Below are positions 25,914-42,660 of a stretch of 64,000 nucleotides of DNA, in pieces. Under the pieces are notes generated by a model. The model was not told the DNA's origin. It saw nothing but the letters and a program-made list of their open reading frames with translations, and searched no databases. Numbering within the stretch: the stretch's first letter is position 1; each line of letters starts with the position of its first letter. The DNA is from the human T2T-CHM13v2.0 reference genome, Homo sapiens: assembly GCF_009914755.1 (NCBI RefSeq), contig NC_060931.1, one strand, 5' to 3'. The translations under genes and the position numbers were made by a program.

Positions 25914-26349
25914 TGTTGAGAAGTAGTTCTCTATGGGTCTCTCATGTTTCTGTATGTCTTGTGAGGTACTGCCCATTTTTGTTCCAGATCATCTTTTCAA
26001 GGATAGCTTAGAGGACAGAGACAGTGTCAGCTCTGGAGGAAAAGGCAGCCATGCTTACTAAAGATAACGTCTCCTTCCAGGGCATTTACTTAACATTATG
26101 AAAAATTCAAGAGTCATAAGCTCTGGGATTGTCTCAGGCAGCCCTAGGTGTCATCTGACTGTCTTCCCATCATCCTATGGGAAGCAAGATCCAGAAAACT
26201 GGCCCAAAATGCTGCTGCCACTGCTGTAAGAAATTGTCCTTCATCTCTGACTCAGGAGTCTCATGTCTTCCACCAGTATCCATGAAATTGTGGCTGACTT
26301 ATTAGTTTGCAAGAGGGGTAAAATCTGAAGCGATTCCCTGTTCTTGACA
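25914..26349 (+). mobile_element. ERVL 3' LTR (MER76-like)
   Basis: TG...CA termini: TGTTGAGAAGTAGTTCTCTATGGGTCTCTC ... GGTAAAATCTG...GTTCTTGACA. Confidence 0.7.
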
Positions 26350-26419
26350 TTTATAGCATCACATATACACACGAGAGTATTTTATCATATTTTTAGGCAT
26401 AAGAATGAGCTGCAAGTAA

Positions 26420-26751
<332 letters not shown>

Positions 26752-27994
26752 GAAAAATCTTAAACTTAATAATGCATCCTCTTCTCCTCTACTCAGCCCT
26801 TCCCCCTACCCACAAATATCACCAATATTTGTAAATACCTAATTTTATTATTTATATCATGCTATTTGAACTTTATAAATTTCTAATATTTTATTTTCAG
26901 CTATGAAACAAACAAGAGTGAAATTATCATTAAGAGCTGAAGAACATTAGTAAATTACAAAAGACTTATTTCAAACATTTTCATGGACTAAAAAATGCAC
27001 CGATACCTAAAATATTGTCTCTTGGGAATTTGTAGTTGTTTTAATATGAACTTTTCTCAAAATCTAAAATTCTAGTATATGCTATAAACACTATATCAGC
27101 AGAGGATAAATATAATAGCAGTTGCATTTCTGAAATGTTTAAGAATACCATGGTTTCTAGAAATAGTAAACATGTCAGAAGAATACATATTCAGGCTTGC
27201 GGGTAGAAAACATATGTCTATGTCAACAAGACTGCTGAAAATGATAGTTGATTTTCTTTCCTTCCATAAGACAATATTAACTATCCCACAAAGCACAGAC
27301 ACTTTTGTTCACATCATAAACTACCAAGTCAGAATATGTGCGTGAACACAGCCATGGAATAATATGTCTTAGTAAATGCCAGTTATCATTGTCATAAATT
27401 TCTAACAGTTCATTATAAACAAAACCCAGGAACAAGATTCAAAATTATGTTATTTTAAAGACAGGTCATCATTCATGATTGATTTCTGTACAAAACTGAG
27501 GTAGAGGCTATTGTATAGTAGTAACTTTTAAACCCTGTAAGAAAAAACGATTTTCACATTTTTTGAGTTTTTTCAACACAAAGGCAATAAACATATTACT
27601 AAAATCCAAGACATTGTATCATTTCATCTGTAAATATTTCAGCATGTATTACCAAAGGAGTTCTTAGAAAAAAAATAGACACACTATTACCACATCAAAA
27701 ATGAACAATAATTGCTTAATATCAAACATCCAGAATGTTCAAATTTCCTGTCACATACAAAAAAATTTTTATACTTCATTCATTGAAATGAGAATCCAAA
27801 GAAGGCCCACACATATGTCTCTTAAATCTCTTTTAATCCAGATTTCTCTTCCATTTCTTTGTGTTGTTTTCCTTGATGTTTATCTGTTGAAGGAACTAGG
27901 TTGTTTATCCCACATACTATATTTTGCTGATTTTATCTAATGATATCATTTGATATCTTCCTCTACTCCCTGAATTTCTTATAAGCTAGTAGTT

Positions 27995-28262
27995 TGTGTC
28001 TGTTGTCAATTTTTTGCCTCCAGATATAAATCCATTCTTCCTAGCCAGCTCTGCAAGAGTGGGGTTGAACTTGGAAATATTTCTCCTCTGATGAGCTATC
28101 CCAGTACAAGGCTTTGTCACTAGAAGGCAGTGGAAAGACAAGCAGAAGGAAGAGCTTCTCTTTCTGGTTCTAGTGTATTTGTCTCTCTGGGCTTCAGCAT
28201 GGCATACAGTTCCTTACAGCCGAGCTGAAAAGCCAGCATCAACCAGCACCTTCCCATGGACG

Positions 28263-28300
<38 letters not shown>

Positions 28301-28960
28301 CCAGTGTATCCCTCTTGGGAGCTTCCACAACCAGTGCCAATAGCAGGGCACTTCACCATCACCAGCCTCCCCCAACTCAACCCCATCCCCAGGAGGTTTT
28401 GCAATAGTGCACAGGAGCTGCCACCTGCCTTTAGACGACCTCCCTGGAGCCCCCAATGGCTGTGCAGCAGAGTGGCAGTGAGTAGGGATTGATAGGTGGT
28501 TTTCCACCGACACCCACCATCAGGTGTCTTTGAAGAAGGGTGCCACCAGGTAAGCACCTCCATTTGAACAAATCCTCTGTCACCCACCCATCCCAGAGAA
28601 TAGGCTGACTCAGTAAATTCCAAGTCATTGCATCTTCCTGTGAATACCTTCCACAGTACTCCTGAGCATGGGTTTCCAGGCAGCACAGAACCTCGGCCAA
28701 CTACCCCCAGCAGTAAGCCACAGCTGCACAGCCTCCACCCAGGCTAGGCTCTCAGCCCTGAGAGTGGGTGATCTCTTCCTTGGACACTTTCTTCCATGCT
28801 GGTGGTGGTGACTGCTCTCCATGTATCTGCTATTCCTATACATCTTTGCCTCTTATTAGTTAATCCACCTACTCCACTCCCCTAGTGACCATTCTTTAGA
28901 TGAAACTTTCCATTTCCAAATAACTGTATGGTTTCTGTCCCTTATTTAGACCATGACACA
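27995..28960. mobile_element. LTR41-like ERVL LTR containing a (CA)n run at 28264-28298
   Basis: Start resembles LTR41 (…AAATCCATTCTTC…GCTCTGC…ATTTCTCCTCTG…GCTTTGTCACTAGAAGGCAGTGG). Confidence 0.65.
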
Positions 28961-30764
28961 TATTCAGTTAAATCTAAAGGCTTAATCAGACTCAGGCTTA
29001 TTTCCTAAGTCAGGCTGAGTACTTCTGTCAGGAGGCAAAAGTCTGGTTGTCTATTTTTGTTATGATTATAATCTAGACATCTATCATTCTGTTAGCGGTT
29101 AAAATTCTAATTCTAGAGGGAGGGGCCAAGATGGCCGAGTAGAAACAGCTGCGGTGGAAGGCTCCTATCAAGAATGAAAACGATGAGTGAATCCTGCACC
29201 GGCAACTGAGGTATCCAGGTTCTCCCATTGGAACTGACTAGACAGTTGGAATGAACTACAGAGCTGGGTGCAGCGACAGCCCACCCAGGAACTGCACAGG
29301 GCACGGGGAGCTCCCACCCTTAGCTAAGGAAGGTGGGAAGTGATTGTGCTGCCCCACTTGGGAAACCATGCATTTTCCACGGATCTGTGCAGACGGATCT
29401 GTGCAGATTCTCAGTGGCTGCCTAAGACTGCCTAAGACTACCGAGGTCCTGAGGGGAAAGGGGAGGCCACCATCACTGCAGATGCCTGCTGCCTAAGACA
29501 ACTGAGCTCCTGGGCGGAGGGGAGGCAACAACCATCACTGCAGCTCCAGTCTGCCGTTTTCTCCTGCCGGTGCCAGGGAGACTGGACGGTTTGGACCCAC
29601 AAGGAATTCCCCACAGTGCAGCACAGCGGGTGTGGCAGATCATGGCCAGACTGCCTCTTCAGGCCAAATTTGGACCCATCACTCCTCACCAGGCAGGGCC
29701 TCTCTGCAACAATCTCAGCAACTCCAGCCATGGATATGTGAACAGAACTCTGATATCCTTAGTACAGAGCCTGTCAGGGAAGGGTCAGCCATGATCTCCA
29801 TGGATCAGCAGACTTAGTCTTTCCCTGCTGGTGCTGAGGAATCTGGGCAGTCCGGACAAGTGGGATTCCCCCAGAGCAGCGCACCCTCTCCACCAAAGGG
29901 CAGCCAGAGTGCTTTGTTACACAGGTCCTTGATCCCATGCCTCCTGACTGGGTGAGAACCTCCAACAGCGGTCGCCAGACACTTTGTACAGGAGCATTCC
30001 CACTGGCATCAGGTCGGTGCCCCTCTGGGACAGAGATCCCAGAGGAAGGAGAAGGCAGCTATCTTTGCTGTTCTGCAGCCTTCAATAGTGACACCTCCAG
30101 GTGCAGATAGGACCCAGGCAAATAGGGTCTGGAGTGGAACTCCAGCAAACCTCAGCAGCCCTACAAAAGAGGGGCACGTTAAAAGAAAAACAAAGAGAAA
30201 GCAAAAACAAGAACATCATCACAAAAAAGTCCCCACAAAAACTCCATCCAAAGGTCAGTAGCCTCAAAGACCAAAGGTAGATAAAGTCACAAAGATGAGA
30301 AAGAATTAAGGAAAACAATGCTGAAAACTCAAAAAGCCAGAGTGCCTCTTCTCCCACAAATGACTGCAACACCTCTCCAGCAAGGGCACAGAACTGGGCT
30401 GAGGCTGAGATGGATGAACTGACAGAGGTAGGCTTCAGAAGGTGGGTAATAACAAACTTCACTGAACTAAAGAAGCATGTTCAAACCCAATGCAAAGAAG
30501 CTAAGAATCATGATAAAACACTATTAACCAGAATAAGCCATTCAGGGAGGAACATAAATGACCTGATGGAGCCGAGGAACACAACATGAGAACTCCACAA
30601 TGCAACCACAAGTATCAATAGCAAAATAGACAAAGTAGAGGAGAAAATTTCAGAGCTTAAAGACTATCTTGCTGAAATAAAGCAGACTAAATTAGAGAAA
30701 AAATAATAAATAGGAATGAATAAAAGCTCCGAGAACTACGGGATTATGTAAAAAGACCAATCCT

Positions 30765-31068
<304 letters not shown>

Positions 31069-32692
31069 CTACAACTGCTTGGGGTACCTGAAAAAGACAG
31101 GGGGAACGGGACCAAATTGGAAAGCATACTTCAGGATATCATTGAGGAGAACTTCCCCAACCTAGCAAGACAGACCAACATCCAAATTCAGGATATCCAG
31201 AGAACCCCAATAAGATACTCCATGAGAAGATCAACCCCTAACACATAATCATCAGATTCTCCAAGGCCAAAATGAAGGAAAAAGTGCTAAGGGAAGCCAG
31301 AGAGAATGGCTAGGTCACCTACAAAGGGAAGCCCATCAGACTAATAGTGGACCTCTCAGCAGAAACCCTACAAGCCAGAAGAGATTGGGGGCCAATATTC
31401 AACATTCTTAAACAAAAGAATTTCCAATCCAGAATTTCACATCTGGCCAAACTAAGCTTCATAAGTGAATGAGAAATAAAACCCTTTTCAGACAAGCAAA
31501 TGCTGAGGAAATCCATCTCCACCAGGCCTGTCTTGCAAGAGCTCCTGAAGGAAGATATTAAATATGCAAAGGAGAAACCATTACCAGCCACTACAAAAAC
31601 ACACTGAAGTACAAAGACCAATGACACTGTGAAACAACTACCTCAACAAGTCTGCAAAATAACCAGCTAGCATCATGATGATGGGATCAAATTCAAATAT
31701 AACACTGTTAACCTTAAACGTAAGTGGGCTAAATCCCCCAATTAAAAGACAGAGAATGGCAAGTTGGATAATGAATCAAGACCCATTGGTATGCTGCCTT
31801 CAAGAGAGACATTTACCAAGCAAATGGAAACAAGAAAAAAGCAGAAGTCGCAATAGTACTTTCTGACAAAAGGCACTTTAAACCAAAAAAGACTTAAAAA
31901 GACAATGAAGGGCACTACATAATGGTACAGGGTTCAATTCAACAAGAGCTAACTATCCTAAATATATATGCACCCAATACAGGAGGACCAGGATTCATAA
32001 AGTAAACTCTTAGAGACCTACAAAGAGACTTCGACACAATAATAGTGGGAGACTTTAACACCCCACTGACAATATTAGACAGATCATCCAAACAGAAAGT
32101 TAACAAAAATATTCAGGACCTGTACTCAGCTCTGGATCAAGTGAACCTGATAGACATCTACAGAACTCTCAACCCAAAAAAACAGAATATACATTCTCCT
32201 CATTGCCACATGGCATTTACTCTAAAATTGATCACATAACCGGTAGTAAAACACTCCTCGGCAAATGCAAAAGAACTGAAACAATAACAGTCTCTCAGAT
32301 CACAATGCAATCAAATTAGAACTCAAGATTAAGAAACTCACTCAAAACCACACAACTACATGGAAAGCGAACAACTTGCTCCTGATTGGCTCCTGGGTAA
32401 ATAATGAAATTATGGCAGAAATCAAGAAGTTCTTAGACACCAATGAGAACAAAGAGACAAATGTGCCAGATTCTCTGGGATGCAGCCAAAACGGTGTTAA
32501 GAGAGAAATTTATAGCACTAAATGCTGACATCAAAAAGCTAGAAAGATCTCAAGTCAACATCCTATCATCATAACAAAAAGAACTAGAGAACCAAGAGCA
32601 AACAAACCCCACAGCTACCAGAAGACAAGAAATAACCAACATCAGAGCAGAATTGAATGAGTCAGAGACATGAAAATCCTTCAAAAAAATCA

Positions 32693-33043
<351 letters not shown>

Positions 33044-33812
33044 CTATTTTATTAATAGTCTAGCTAGACTAATAAGAAAAGAGAGAGGAATCAAGTAGAG
33101 ACAATAAAACATGATACAGGATAAAGCCACTATCGCCACTGACCCCACAGAAATACAAACAACCATCAGAAAATACTATAAACACCTCTATGCAAACAAA
33201 CTAGAAAATATAGAAGAAATGGATAAATTCCTAAACATATACACCCTCCCAAGACTGAACCAGGAAGAAGTTGAATCCCTGAATAGTCCAATATCAGGTT
33301 CTGAAATTGAGGCTGTAATAAATAGCATACCAACCAAAAATGCCCAGAAACAGACATATTTACAGCTAAATTCTGCCGGAGGTACAAAGAGGGGCTGGTA
33401 CAATTTCTTCTGAAATTATTCCAAACAATTGAAAAGGCGGGACTCCTCCCTAATTCATTTTATGAGGCCAGCAACATCCTGCTACCAAAACCTGGCAAAG
33501 ATACAACCAACAAAAGAAAGCTTCATGCCAATATCCCTGATGAATATCGATGCAAAAATCCTCAACAAAATACTGGCAAACCAAATCTAGCAGCACATCA
33601 AAAAGCTTATCAACCACAATCAAGTCAGCTTCATCCCCAGGATACAAGGCTGGTTAAACATATGCAAATCAGTAAATGCAATTCATTACATAAACAGAAC
33701 TAAAGACAAAAGCCACACAATTATCTCAATAGATGCAGAAAAGGCCTAAGATAAAATTAAACATCCTTCATGTTAAAAAACTCTCAATAAACTAGGTATT
33801 GATGGAACATAG

Positions 33813-34034
<222 letters not shown>

Positions 34035-36627
34035 TGACATGTTCCTGTATCTAGAAAACCCCATCGACCCATCCTGAAAGCTTCTTGAGCTGATAAGCAA
34101 CTTCAGCAAAGTCTCAGGATACAAAATCAATGTGCAAAAATCACAGGCATTCCTATACACTAATAGTAGCCAAATCATGAATGAACTCCCATTCACAATT
34201 TCTACAAAGAGAATAAAATACCCAGGAATACAGCTAGCAAGGGAAGTGAAGGACCTCTTCAAGGAGAACTACAAACCACTGCTTGAGGAAATAAGAGAGG
34301 ACACAAACAGATGGAAAAACATTCCATGCTCATGGATAAAAAGAATCAATACTGTGAAAATGGCCATTCTGCCCAAAGTATCTATAGATTCAATGCTATG
34401 CCCATTAAACTAGCATTGACATTCTTCACAGAATTAGAAAAAACCTACTTTAGAATTCACGTGGAACCAAAAAAGAGCTCATACAACCAAGATAATCCTA
34501 AACAAAAAGAACAAAGCTGGAGGCATCATGCTACCCAGCTTCAAACAATAATACAAGGCTACAGTAACAAAAACAGCATGACACTGGTACAAAAACAGAA
34601 ACATAGACCAATGGAACAGAATAGAGATCTCAGAAATAAGACTGTACATCTACAACCATCTGATCTTTGACAAACCTGACAAAAACAAGCAATGGGGAAA
34701 GAATCCCCCATTTAATAAATGATGCTGGCATAACTGGCTAGCCATATGCAGAAAATTGAAACTGGACCCTGTTCTTATACTTTATACAAAAATTAACTCA
34801 AGATAGATTAAAGACTTAAATGTAAAAACCAAAACTATAAAAACCCTAGAAGAAAATCTAGGCAATACCATTCACGACACATGCATGGGCAAAGATTTCA
34901 TGATGAAAATGTCAAAAGAAATTGCAACAAGAGCAAAATTTGACAAATGGGATCTAATTAAACTAAAGAGCTGCACAGCAAAAGAAACTATCATCAGAGT
35001 GAACAGACAACCTACAGAATGGGAGAAAATTCTTACACTCTATCCATCTCACAAAGGTCTAATATCCAGAATCTACAAGGAACTTAAATTTACAAGAATA
35101 AAACAAACAACCCCATTAAAAAGTGGGCAAAGAAGATGAACAGACTACTCAGAAAAAGGCATTTATGCGGCCAAAAAATGTATGGAAAAAAGCTCAGCAT
35201 CACTGATCATTAGAGAAATGCAAATCAAAACCACAGCGAGATCCATCTCGCACCAGTCAAAATGCATTATTAAAAAGTCAAGAAACAACAAATTTTGGCT
35301 AGGCTGTGAATAAATAGGAATACTTTTACACTACTGGTGGGAATGTAAATTAGTTCAACTATTGTGGAAGACAGTGTGGCAATTCCTCGAAGACCTAAAA
35401 CCAGAAATACTATTTGGCTCAGCAATCCTATTACTGGGTATAAACCCAAAGGAATATAAATCATTCTGTTATGAAGATAAATGCACACACATGTTCACTG
35501 CAGCACTATTCACAATAGCAGACATAGAATCAACCCAAATGCCTGTCAAGAATAGAGTGGATAAAGAAAATGTAGCACATATACACCATGGAATACTATG
35601 CAGTCACAAAAAGGAATGAGATCATGTCGTTTGCAGAGACATGGATGGAGCTGGAAACCACTATCCTCAGCAAAGTAATGCAGGAACAGAAAACCAAACA
35701 CTGCATGTTCTCACTTATAAGTAGGAGTTGAACAATGAGAACACATGGACACAAGCAGGGGCCTGTCAGGGGTGGTGGCAAGGGGAGGTAGAGCATCGGG
35801 AAAAATAGCTAATGCAGGCTGGGCTTAATACCTAGGTGATGGGTTGATAGGTGCAGCAAATCACCATGGCACATGTTTACTTATGTAACAAACCTGCACA
35901 TCCTGCACATGTATCCCAGAACTTGAAAAGAAATTCGAATGCTACTTTTACTCATTAATTCTAACATTACTCACAAGGGGCTAGTGAGATTCGAATTCTA
36001 TCATGAGTGACTACCACATTTATTACCTGGAGTATGTGGGTAAGGAAAAACTGCCTCATAATAATCATTTGTTTACCCTGATGTTTAGTTTATACAAGAA
36101 TGGCAAGATAAACACTTGGCTTCTTTTTCCTTATCTATCAGTCATTCTGGGAGGAATTTCTTTGTGTGTGTGTTTTTTAAAGCCATAGAGAAAAGACATT
36201 GTAGTAAGAAATGACAATCAGACTGACAATTTACTCTGCAGCAACATGGGAATCCAGATGACAGTGGAATACTATAAAGTGTCCATACTTTGATACCTAA
36301 AATGAACAAAACAAATATATTTACAGACAATGAAAGCATTTTTTGACTGAATAAACCTCTTACAAAGAATATTCTAAAATGTGTATACTTCATGGATAAG
36401 AAAAAAAATTCTAGAAAGGTCTGAAAAACAAAGTATAGAGAGGAAAAAAGTAAACATGAATAAATCAAATAAGATAAATCTAAATAAAACACTTATAAAA
36501 TAATTACAGTGATAGCTATAGTAACCAAAGTGGTAACTAAGAGTAGCCTAAGTCTGAAAAGAAGATATAAGAGTCAAAGCATTCTGAGATCCCATACTTT
36601 GTTTAGAAGAAAGGTAAATATAGTGAT

Positions 36628-37001
36628 TGATATGGTTTGGCTCTATGTCCCCATTCAGATCTCACCTCAAATTGTAATCCCCATAATCTCCACGTGTCGA
36701 GGGCAGGACCAGGTAAAGGGAGAATTGGATCATGTGGGCAGTTTCTCCCATGCTGTACTTTTTATAGTAGTGAGTTCTCATGAGATCTGATGTTGTATAA
36801 GCATCTGGCATTTCCCGTTTGCACTCACTCCATCCTGCCACGCTGTGAAGAAGGTACCTGCTTCTTTACCTTCCACCATCATTGTAAGTTTCCTGAGGCC
36901 TCCCCAACAATGCAGAAGTGTGAGTCAATTAAACCTCTTTCCTTTATAAATTACCCAGTCTCAGGTATTTCTTCATAGCTGTGTGAGAACACACTAATAC
37001 A
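36628..37001 (+). mobile_element. THE1C/D MaLR solo LTR with perfect 5-bp TSD GTGAT
   Basis: TGATATGGTTTGGCT...CTAATACA; GTGAT at 36623-36627 and 37002-37006. Confidence 0.95.
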
Positions 37002-37239
37002 GTGATTAACTTTATACTTCAAATCAAACATCCAAGCAAGAAATTTTATAAGGCTGAAAAGAATGTACACATGCAATATGTAACTTTTCAAACAGTAAAG
37101 TTTGAAAAAGTAAAGAAAAAGAAAATGAAACAAGAAAATAACAAATAAAATATAACAACAAAGTGCCTAGAAAGGAAAGTTGAGAGAGGAGGTTTTAACA
37201 AAAAAAAAAAAAAATCACACTTCACACCAAAGGACATTA

Positions 37240-38745
<1,506 letters not shown>

Positions 38746-38763
38746 TAAAAAACACATCAACAC

Positions 38764-39124
38764 TGCTATGGTCTGAATGAATCTTCCCTAAAATTACTAT
38801 GTTGAAACCTAATCATCAGCATGATAGTATTAGCAGGTGGGGCCTTTGCAGAGGTGATTAAGTCATAAGGGCAGAGCCCTCAAAAATGGAATTAGTTCAC
38901 TTATAAAATAGGCCCAAGGGAGTTTGTTCGCACTTTCCATCCTTTGAAAACACAGCTGGAAAGCACCATCTGTGAAGCAGAAAGTAGGTCTTCACCAAAC
39001 ATCAAATTTGCCAACACCTTGATCTTGGACTTCCCAGACTCCAGAACTGTGAGAAAGAAAGTTTTGTCATTTACAAGCTACCCAGTTTATGGAGTTTGGT
39101 TACGGCAGCCAGAAGAGACTAACA
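38764..39124 (+). mobile_element. MLT1A0-like MaLR solo LTR
   Basis: TGCTATGGTCTGAATG...GGTGGGGCCTTTG...CCTTGATCTTGGACTTCCCAGACTCCAGAACTGTGAG. Confidence 0.88.
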
Positions 39125-39927
39125 GATACAAACTTTTATGTTAAATAAAATCAGAGAAATGAATATAAATTTACCAGTAATCACGGTCAAAAAACAAAGC
39201 AAAATCTCCAGTTTAAAGACAGATTATCAGACTGAATGTAAAATTAAAATCCAGCTATATGTTGTTTACAAGACAGATAGCTAAAATATAAGGACCCAAT
39301 AAATCTAAAAGCATAAAATTAGAAACAAATATGTAATAGGAAAACACTAACCAAAAGATAACTACTACAGTTACACAAAATAACAAACCTCATCACAACT
39401 AGCTTGTTATAGTTACTTATTTCAGGATATACATTGCCAACTTGGCACCATCCTTCAAAAACAGGGTATTATAGAAATACGTGCCAAATAGTGGTGACAT
39501 TTCTGTAACACTTACAATGCCTAAGAGGGTTTGGGACCAACAGTAAATATTCAAATACTGTTGACTGATTGACTGAATGGTAAGTATTGCCAGAATTTTC
39601 AAATAATGTAAACCTCCAGGCAATGGCTGTGGGGGTCTGTTTGCTAAAACATTTATCACAGGCCTCCACACCAGGGCTCAAAGTGTATAAGGTAAAACTT
39701 AGATACCAGTATATCCCTTATCCTCAAAAGCATATAAACAGAGAGAGTATTTGATTCTCATTTAAACAAACAAGTTAATTTAAAAGAAGATATATTTGTC
39801 ACACACAAAATATTTAAAACCTCACATTGAAATAAATCTTTCTCTAAAATTTGATAGTGTCTTTCTAAGGGCTGTTTTCTAGTTAGCACAGGTGTATCCA
39901 ATAAGCAGTTAAATATTAAAACAATGC

Positions 39928-40288
39928 TGTATGAGTCCGTTTTCATGCTGCTGATAAAGACATATACAAGACTGGGTAATTTATAAAGAAAAATGGTTTA
40001 ATGAACTCACAGTTCCACATGGCTGGGGAGGCCTCACTATCATGGTGGAAGGCAAGGAGGAACAAAGTCACGTCTCACATGGTGGCAGGCAAGAGGGCTT
40101 GTGCAGGAGAACTCCCCTTTATAAAACCATCAGATCTTGTGAGATTTATTCACTACCACAAGAACAGTATGGGGGAACTGCCACCATGATTCAATTACCT
40201 CCCACTGTGTCCCTCCCATGACACGTGGGAATTATGGGAGCTATAATTCTAGATGAGATTTGGGTGGAGACACAGCCAAATTATATCA
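39928..40288 (-). mobile_element. THE1B MaLR solo LTR
   Basis: TGTATGAGTCCGTTTTCATGCTGCTGATAAAGAC...GACACAGCCAAATTATATCA; TSD AATGC/ATTGC. Confidence 0.95.
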
Positions 40289-42159
40289 ATTGCTATCCTA
40301 ATCCAATTAACCTTCACTCAATTTTCCTAGTAATTATTAAATCAGATAATAGTTAATTAATGTCCTATTTTACTCATTTTGTTACTCATTTTCATGAAAT
40401 ATTAAAATGCTACTAAAACCATCCTTATTTTAACACTTTGTCATCCTAAATGATACAATATTCAAAATACCATTTTAAAACAAATTTTACAGATTATATT
40501 CACTCTGTAAGTATACATTATCTTGATTCAAGTACTCAACAATTTTCTTACGGCAATAATAAAATTCACTTGCAAATAAGTAAAAAACACAAAATTCAAC
40601 ACTTGAATTTTATATTTTTGTCAAGAATGGAATTATAGTCTTTAAAAGGCATCAATAAAAAGGATAACTAATTATTTTAAGAACAAGTCTAAGAAACTAC
40701 AAAACCCACAAAGCACATATAAAAATACTAGTTTGAGAATAAAGTTTTCTTAGTTGACCACATCTCCCCCCAAGAAAATAAAACTCCTAAACTGATTAGG
40801 TATTCTGTAAATTTAAAATGTATTCATGTGGTAATTACTGTGTAATCCATTAATTAAAACTGGTTAGGCATAGTGATTTTATAACCTGTTACATGCAGAT
40901 GTGACATCTCTTCTCCAACCCTACCTAACCACTAACATAGCATAATTTTATAATCACCGTAGAGTAAGAAGCTAAATTTGAGTACTCTAACTCCATGGAT
41001 TTAAAAATAGGGGTAACAGACTACATTTGGTTCTGGTAAAGATCAAATTTTGGTATCATCTCTACCTCAAACCTCAGTGGCAGAAATCTGGTCTTCTATT
41101 TCCTTTCTATCTCTCCTACAGCATTGTCTATAGGGCTTTGCACTCAGCAGGTGATCAACAAATGCTTCTTAACTAAAACAAGTAAGATCCAAGCCACAAT
41201 ATTCCATGAAGCCAACACTTTCATAAAAGATTTCATTTTTTTATATACAATAAGCAACATATCATAAAAGATTTCTATTAGCGCCATGGTTCACTGAAAC
41301 TCAATTACAATGAACTATTTTACAAAAATGTCTCATTTAAAACAGAAGATCTCTCTTTTCATCAGTAAAACAGCACTTTTTGCATACTGCAGTTTTAATT
41401 CTCTAGTACTTCATAATTTTTCTAGGGTGTTGGCATAGCAAATAAATTTTTACAGTAAATGACCACAAAATGTCACATTTCCTCAGAATATAAATACTTC
41501 CAATTATAAAAAAAAGCTAATAAATCCTCAGTTTAGAAGGGGCATTCAATTTAAGGTAAATATATAGAAATTGTAAGCCTTTTATTGCTTCCTCCTAAAA
41601 GCAAGAGAATGCTCATGCAGTGTTTTAATTATGATACCGAGGACTTGTATTTCTTTCCATTCTGCTTTATTCACCCAGTTTTTGATGGCTAGCCAGTTTG
41701 ATCACAGATCTATGAAGAAGCCCCCAAGAAGTCTCTGTGTCACTTAAACCGCTTCTGCACAACTAAAAAGAGGCCTTTACTGGAGAGTACGAGTCCACCC
41801 AGAATCAGAAGAAAAGTGCCAGTTAATATCACAGCAAGTCAGATCTGTGCCTAACTTACCCAGATTACTTGGACCAAATACTTGGGAGGATACTGACTGA
41901 AACATCTTTTTTCCAATTTTGACAACAGCAAAGTTATGGAACAAAGAGACATTATAAATACATCAGAATTATATGCAGATGAACTTAAAAGTTGGAAATT
42001 TTTTAAAAAGAATTACACACAGAGATTAAATTTCATGGAGATGGATAAAAATAACCAACCTCAAACCAAATGAAAACAATGTCAAAAAGTTGCTGATGTG
42101 CAACTCAGGGACAGAGAGATGGCCAAATGTGAATCAGCTGCAACATGGGTGCACACAGG

Positions 42160-42542
42160 GTCTATAGTCTGCTACTCTCTTCTAGACTATTTATTACACA
42201 TCTTCTCTCACCTCAAACCTCTTTTCCCCATTCTCACCCTCCTTATAACCTTATACTCCTCCTCAGTGATAAAACGGAACCAATCAGAAAACTTCCATAA
42301 ATTCATACAAACACACATATCCAAGTACCATCATCTCTCTGCTCATACACCCTGTGCCCCTTCCTACACAAATAAATAATGTATGCTCCTAACGCCCAAC
42401 TCATCCTTTTGTGCCTTGGACCCCATCCACTTGCACTAGGAACTGACAATAATTTCCGTAGTTCTTCCCTCTTTTCTCCTACATTATAAATTAATTCCCT
42501 TTCTGCTGGAGCACATATAATGCTGTTAATTCTCCATGCTTT

Positions 42543-42600
<58 letters not shown>

Positions 42601-42660
42601 TCCTCCTCAGGCTACCCCATCATTTCTCTGCCCTGTTATAGCAAAATGCCTCAAAAAGTC
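42160..42660 (+). mobile_element. L2 fragment with a (CA)~26 microsatellite at 42546-42598
   Basis: Pyrimidine-rich L2 ORF2 motifs (TGTGCCTTGGACCCCATCC, ATAGCAAAATGCCTCAAAA). Confidence 0.7.

Noticed and set aside
28120-28686. 188-aa - strand ORF
   Set aside because: Lies within an LTR41-like element, spans a (CA)n run and has no protein-like features.
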